From Candidatus Bathyarchaeota archaeon (GTDB lineage Archaea; Thermoproteota; CALKCG01; B24; DRYS01): a stretch of 64,000 bases of DNA. The stretch is from positions 29,047-93,046 of the forward strand of contig JAGTQC010000006.1 of NCBI GenBank assembly GCA_018396535.1, in the 5' to 3' direction. Of the stretch, positions 59,461 to 64,000 are shown in pieces; the stretch's first letter is position 1; the number at the start of each line of letters is the position of its first letter. A program made the translations under genes and the position numbers. The notes under the pieces are model-generated. The model did no database searches. It was not told the origin of the DNA and saw only the letters and a program-made list of their open reading frames with translations.

Positions 59461-60713
59461 ATACGTCTAACCTCTACGCTTAATCTATCCAATCCTTTAA
59501 GAAATGTTAGATCATCCTTTCTGAGAATTAGTCTAATCATCTCTCCAGGTCTCACTACAGGATATCTAAACTCTTTAGATATCTCTTCGAAACATATCCT
59601 GACATCGTATTCAGGCTTCTGCACTCTCATATATAGGACTACATCCCTTTCGCAACTTATATATTGAGGTATAGCGAACCTGATGTTACGTCCCCTAGCT
59701 ATACGTACATAGCTTCTAGGCTTAACCCCCTCGGATAATAATATCGATGCACTTTCTGCAGCAGATTCGCCTTGTTCTACTACATAATCCACTAGATCGT
59801 TTACTACTAGAGAGTTGCCAGCTATGAATATCCCGTGATGCGTTATGGATTCTAGATAATCATCGACTATAGGACCCCTAGTCGATGGGTCCATAGCTAA
59901 GCCCATCTCCTCTAAAAGCCTTACGTTAGGTATTAAACCAGCTGATACTACTACTGTATCACATTCTATATACTCTTCGCTTCCAGGTATAGGTTTTAAA
60001 TCTTCATCAACCCTGATCGTGATGACGCCTTCAACTCTACGTTTACCCTCTAACCTGATAGCCATCCTACCTAATAGTAGTGGTATATCATAGTCCATTA
60101 GGCATTGAACTATATTCCTAGTTAAGCCTCCAGGCCACGGCATCATTTCTATTACAGCTTCGACTTTAGCACCTTCTAAAGCGAATCTCCTAGCCATTAT
60201 AAGACCTACATCACCAGATCCTATGATTACTATCCTACTGCCAGGCAGGATACCGTAAACATCCATGTATGCTTGGGCTTCACCAGCTGTGAATACTCCT
60301 GAAAGCCTCCTACCAGTTACTCCTATCTCGAATAACGTCCTCTCTCTAGCACCAGCTGTATAGATTATGATTGGAGCTTCTACTTCTAGAAATCCGTGAG
60401 GTGAGATGGCTTCTATCATTTTGTATGGATATCTATTTTTAGAATATATGATCTTAACTACATGCGATCTAATCCTATACTCTATACCTTGATCCTCAAC
60501 CTTATCTATAATCCTCTGTATGAATTCTGTTCCTGTTAGATCTTCACCTAGATAGTGTAATCCGAAGCCTGGATGTATACATTGGAATGGTATACCACCT
60601 ATCCTATCCCCACTTTCTATCACTAACGGGTTAAACCCTTTTTCTCTAAGCTTGAGAGCAGCTGATAAGCCTGCTGGCCCACCACCAATTATAACCGCGT
60701 CATACCTAGTCAT
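59457..60713 (-). CDS. FAD/NAD(P)-dependent oxidoreductase (G3PDH partner)
   Basis: GGGPAG, QCIH.GFG, ARER, GSGDVGLIMARR, GL.RN..QCL. Confidence 0.88.
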   Translation of the reverse strand: MTRYDAVIIGGGPAGLSAALKLREKGFNPLVIESGDRIGGIPFQCIHPGFGLHYLGEDLTGTEFIQRIIDKVEDQGIEYRIRSHVVKIIYSKNRYPYKMIEAISPHGFLEVEAPIIIYTAGARERTLFEIGVTGRRLSGVFTAGEAQAYMDVYGILPGSRIVIIGSGDVGLIMARRFALEGAKVEAVIEMMPWPGGLTRNIVQCLMDYDIPLLLGRMAIRLEGKRRVEGVITIRVDEDLKPIPGSEEYIECDTVVVSAGLIPNVRLLEEMGLAMDPSTRGPIVDDYLESITHHGIFIAGNSLVVNDLVDYVVEQGESAAESASILLSEGVKPRSYVRIARGRNIRFAIPQYISCERDVVLYMRVQKPEYDVRICFEEISKEFRYPVVRPGEMIRLILRKDDLTFLKGLDRLSVEVRRI

Positions 60714-62190
60714 GGGGTTCGCCTCTAAGAATAGATTTTACATCTCCAACCCCAAGTATAGATTTATCTGAGTTCATCTTAACACTCCATAGAGGAATGC
60801 CTTCGATTCTAGAAATAAGGTAGGCTATCCTACATCTGCAGAAGCTTCCCTGACAGAATCCGTACATAGCTTTAGACCTGAATTTAACTCCATCTAGGGT
60901 TATAGTTTTCAAACCTATATACTTCATCCTATCTATAGCTTCCAGGATCTCAGCTTCTGAAACCATATTGCACCAGCATATTATACTACCATACCTTGGA
61001 TCCTTCTCTATGAACTTCTTAATAATACGTTTAGGTTTATCCTTAATTCTAGCTATACCCCTCCTATACGGGTTCCATGAATCCTTAGGTTCAAGCTTTA
61101 AATCATACTTATCGCGTAGAAGGTTGAATACATGTATAGCTATAGCTGGAGCAGCTGTTAATCCTGGTGATCTTATACCTGCTACATCTATGAAGCCCCA
61201 TGGATCTGTATAGGCTTCTATAATCCAATCCCCGTTTGGAGGTTCAGGTCTTATCCCTGCGAAGAATTTGATTATCCTATCTCTAGGTGGGAGCTTCTTT
61301 AGAAGTCTAGAAGCTTCGTTTAGAATCTTAGATAATCCTTCTATCGATGTGGATGTATCATTCTTAGAATCGTTTGGTAGATCCTCGGCTGTAGGCCCTA
61401 TAAGAAGATTTCTTTCTATCGTCTCTACAACGTATACCCCTTTACTCATAGGTGTAGGTACGGAATGGATTATATGCTTAGGCTTAACATCTACGAAGCT
61501 ATCGAATAGTATATATTCACCCCTCCTAGGCTTCAGCTTATAATCCAAACCTACTGTTCCGGCTACCTCATCTGCATATATACCTGCAGCGTTAACTACT
61601 ATATCAGCTTCTATGAACCCCCTATTCGTTTCAACACCTTTAACTCTACCATCCGATACTATAACCCTCCTAACCTCTGTCTCCGTCAATAATTTAACAT
61701 TGTTGGATACAGCGTTCTCTACTAGAGCTATGACAGCATCTATAGGGGATATAACCCCTGCGGTGGGAGCCCATACTGCTGCTATAGCTTCACCACTTAT
61801 GTATGGCTCGATTCTCTCAGCTTCATCACGATATAGTAGTCTAACGCCAGGTACACCGTTAATCCTAGCTAGATCTACATACCTCTTAGCCTCCCCTTCG
61901 AATCCTTCGAATACAAGCATAAGCTCTCCTGGAAACCTTATGGGTATATCTAGTTCTCTAGCCCAATTCCTCCAAAGTCTATTACCCTCTACGCATAGCC
62001 TAGCTCTAAGCGGGTATAGGTTCGGATCCTCTTCATGTCCAGGATGAATTATACCAGTATTAGCTTTACTAGCACCCCAACCTACATCAGCCTCCCTATC
62101 TACAAGATATACATCTAAATCTTTATACATGCTAGCTATACGAGCTATAGATGCACCGATTATACCTGAGCCTACTATCAGAAGCCTCAT
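60706..62190 (-). CDS. FAD-dependent glycerol-3-phosphate dehydrogenase with C-terminal BFD-like [2Fe-2S] domain
   Basis: GSGIIG, SKANTGIIH.G, R.GEY, G.RP, SPGLT.APAI, C.C...CQG.FC; downstream of glpK. Confidence 0.85.
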   Translation of the reverse strand: MRLLIVGSGIIGASIARIASMYKDLDVYLVDREADVGWGASKANTGIIHPGHEEDPNLYPLRARLCVEGNRLWRNWARELDIPIRFPGELMLVFEGFEGEAKRYVDLARINGVPGVRLLYRDEAERIEPYISGEAIAAVWAPTAGVISPIDAVIALVENAVSNNVKLLTETEVRRVIVSDGRVKGVETNRGFIEADIVVNAAGIYADEVAGTVGLDYKLKPRRGEYILFDSFVDVKPKHIIHSVPTPMSKGVYVVETIERNLLIGPTAEDLPNDSKNDTSTSIEGLSKILNEASRLLKKLPPRDRIIKFFAGIRPEPPNGDWIIEAYTDPWGFIDVAGIRSPGLTAAPAIAIHVFNLLRDKYDLKLEPKDSWNPYRRGIARIKDKPKRIIKKFIEKDPRYGSIICWCNMVSEAEILEAIDRMKYIGLKTITLDGVKFRSKAMYGFCQGSFCRCRIAYLISRIEGIPLWSVKMNSDKSILGVGDVKSILRGEPHD

Positions 62191-62199
62191 AGGTTACCG

Positions 62200-63786
62200 C
62201 TATCCTCCTAGTTCGTAAACCCATGGAATCTCTCTAGCCCAATCTAAAGCTCTTCTAACAGCGGATCTCCATCCTCTATAAAGCTTTTCTCTATAATCTT
62301 CATCCATCCTAGGCTTAAACACCTTCTCGATTCTCCAATTAGATTTAACATCATCAAGATCTCTCCATAAGCCTACTGCTAACCCTGCTAGATAGGCTGC
62401 TCCAAGCGATGTAGTTTCAGATACTATAGGTCTCACGACATCTATACCTAGTATATCTGCTTGGAACTGCATAAGGAAATCGCTTCTAGAAACCCCGCCG
62501 TCAACCCTAAGTATACGTATATCTATACCTGTATCGTTATGTATAGCTTCGATAACATCCCTCGTAAGATACGCTATGGATTCTAGTATAGCTCTAGCTA
62601 TATGCCTTCTATCCGTACCACGGGTTAAACCTATAATCAAACCTCTGGCATACATATCCCAGTATGGGGCACCTAATCCGACGAAAGCAGGTACGAAGTA
62701 TACCCCGCCGGTATCGTCGACGGATTCGGCTAGGATGCTAGCTTCGGATGGGGATTCTATCATCTTCAACCCATCCCTAAGCCATTGTATAGCTGCACCT
62801 GTTACGAATATACTACCTTCACATGCGTACGTAGCCCTACCCTTTTCGAGGCTATGGAAGATCGTGGATATCAATCCATGCTTAGATTTTATAGGTCTAG
62901 AACCTGTATTCATCAAAATGAAATTCCCCGTTCCATAGGTACACTTGATATCGCCCACCTCAAATCCTACCTGACCGAATAGAGCAGCTTGCTGATCACC
63001 TGCATCCCCGGCTACAGGTATCTCAACTCCACCTAGAATCCTACTGAATTCAGAGCTGGTATAACCGTAGAATTCACGGTCACATGAGGGTCTAGGAGTA
63101 GGTAGAGCATGTACAGGTATACTACCCATAATCTCTAGTAGATCCATATCCCAATCCAATCTATGTATATCGAATAACATAGTCCTAGAAGCATTAGAGT
63201 AATCGGTTATGTATGCTCCACCCATATCAGGAGTTAAGCAATCCCTAGATCCACGGGTCATATTCCATATAATCCACGTATCGATAGTACCGAATACGGC
63301 TTCACCCTTCTCCACCTTAACTCTAAGATCAGGTATATTATCTAGAAGCCACCATATCTTAGTAGCAGAGAAGTATGGATCGGGAATCAACCCAGTCCTA
63401 TTAACTATAAGATCCATATAATTCGCTCTCAAATAATCCACTAAGCTAGAAGTCCTCCTACACTGCCATACGATAGCATTATACAAAGGTAGACCACTCC
63501 TAACATCCCATACAACCACGGTCTCCCTCTGATTAGTAACACCGATCCCAACTAAATCGTGAATATCGATACCAGCCCCCTCGATAACAGCCCTAAAAAC
63601 AGCCTTAGTATTCTCCCATATCTCAATAGGATCATGCTCAACCCACCCAGGCCTAGGATAAATCTGCCTATGCTCCATATAAGCCCAACCACCGCGAACG
63701 GGAAAACCACTATCATCAAAAAGCATAGCCCTAGTACCAGTCGTACCCTGATCCACAGCTAATACAAACCTACCCCCAGATTTCAT
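62200..63786 (-). CDS. glpK: Glycerol kinase
   Basis: [55 protein letters not shown]. Confidence 0.96.
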   Translation of the reverse strand: MKSGGRFVLAVDQGTTGTRAMLFDDSGFPVRGGWAYMEHRQIYPRPGWVEHDPIEIWENTKAVFRAVIEGAGIDIHDLVGIGVTNQRETVVVWDVRSGLPLYNAIVWQCRRTSSLVDYLRANYMDLIVNRTGLIPDPYFSATKIWWLLDNIPDLRVKVEKGEAVFGTIDTWIIWNMTRGSRDCLTPDMGGAYITDYSNASRTMLFDIHRLDWDMDLLEIMGSIPVHALPTPRPSCDREFYGYTSSEFSRILGGVEIPVAGDAGDQQAALFGQVGFEVGDIKCTYGTGNFILMNTGSRPIKSKHGLISTIFHSLEKGRATYACEGSIFVTGAAIQWLRDGLKMIESPSEASILAESVDDTGGVYFVPAFVGLGAPYWDMYARGLIIGLTRGTDRRHIARAILESIAYLTRDVIEAIHNDTGIDIRILRVDGGVSRSDFLMQFQADILGIDVVRPIVSETTSLGAAYLAGLAVGLWRDLDDVKSNWRIEKVFKPRMDEDYREKLYRGWRSAVRRALDWAREIPWVYELGG

Positions 63787-64000
63787 AAATCATAACTGCT
63801 ACTCAAGAGGATATAAAAATATATAAATAGGTTTTAAACAAGATAGTTATAGATACTACTTTTTCATCAATCTATAAGCATATAGAATGTGAATTGTGAA
63901 ATTACATTAGAATACTAGATTAATATAAAATACTAAAAATAGTATATAAGATTATAAATAAATTACAGAGTAAACTTCATTCACCTCAGCATATTAAATA

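Noticed and set aside
63210-63262. Extra ~8-aa loop in GlpK ([13 protein letters not shown]) as a second intron
   Set aside because: Some pairing is possible, but there is no clean 4-bp helix with 3-nt bulges and no stop codon; more likely a protein loop.
63963-63987. GAGGTGA-ATG mini-ORF (MKFTL*) upstream of glpK
   Set aside because: Five codons, no SD spacing, and at the window edge; cannot be evaluated.
1-64000. Many 60-177 aa antisense/shadow ORFs in the track; CRISPR arrays; rRNA
   Set aside because: Shadow ORFs lie opposite well-supported genes and lack motifs. No repeat-spacer array or rRNA was seen.

Overview
Archaeal chromosomal window, inferred to be TACK/Thermoproteota, most likely Bathyarchaeia-like (gene content; Rpo11, TFS, PCNA, Csl4, uL16). 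It is densely coding. It carries an archaeal Wood-Ljungdahl region (mch, fwdDBAC, cdhABCDE, cooC, stand-alone mtrH-like, W-AOR plus ferredoxin, mobB), a conserved informational cluster (rpl10e-dph2-METTL5-csl4-rpoL-DUF99-tfs-pcna), nurA-herA, a glycerol operon, carbohydrate-active genes including a membrane-anchored PL1 pectate lyase, tRNA-Arg(CCG) next to a serine resolvase with a res-like site, and a decayed MNT-HEPN pair. Two things stand out. (1) The AmmeMemoRadiSam radical-SAM gene is interrupted by a 21-nt stop-containing hairpin with bulge-helix-bulge geometry. Cutting it by the canonical splicing-endonuclease rule exactly restores the conserved PIEKKP motif, so it is a candidate archaeal pre-mRNA intron outside cbf5. 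(2) A second, intact but divergent ACS/CoFeSP cassette has a bacterial-type AcsB that has lost the Cys-Gly-Cys nickel ligands but keeps the [4Fe-4S] cysteines. All calls come from motif recognition by eye; no searches were run.
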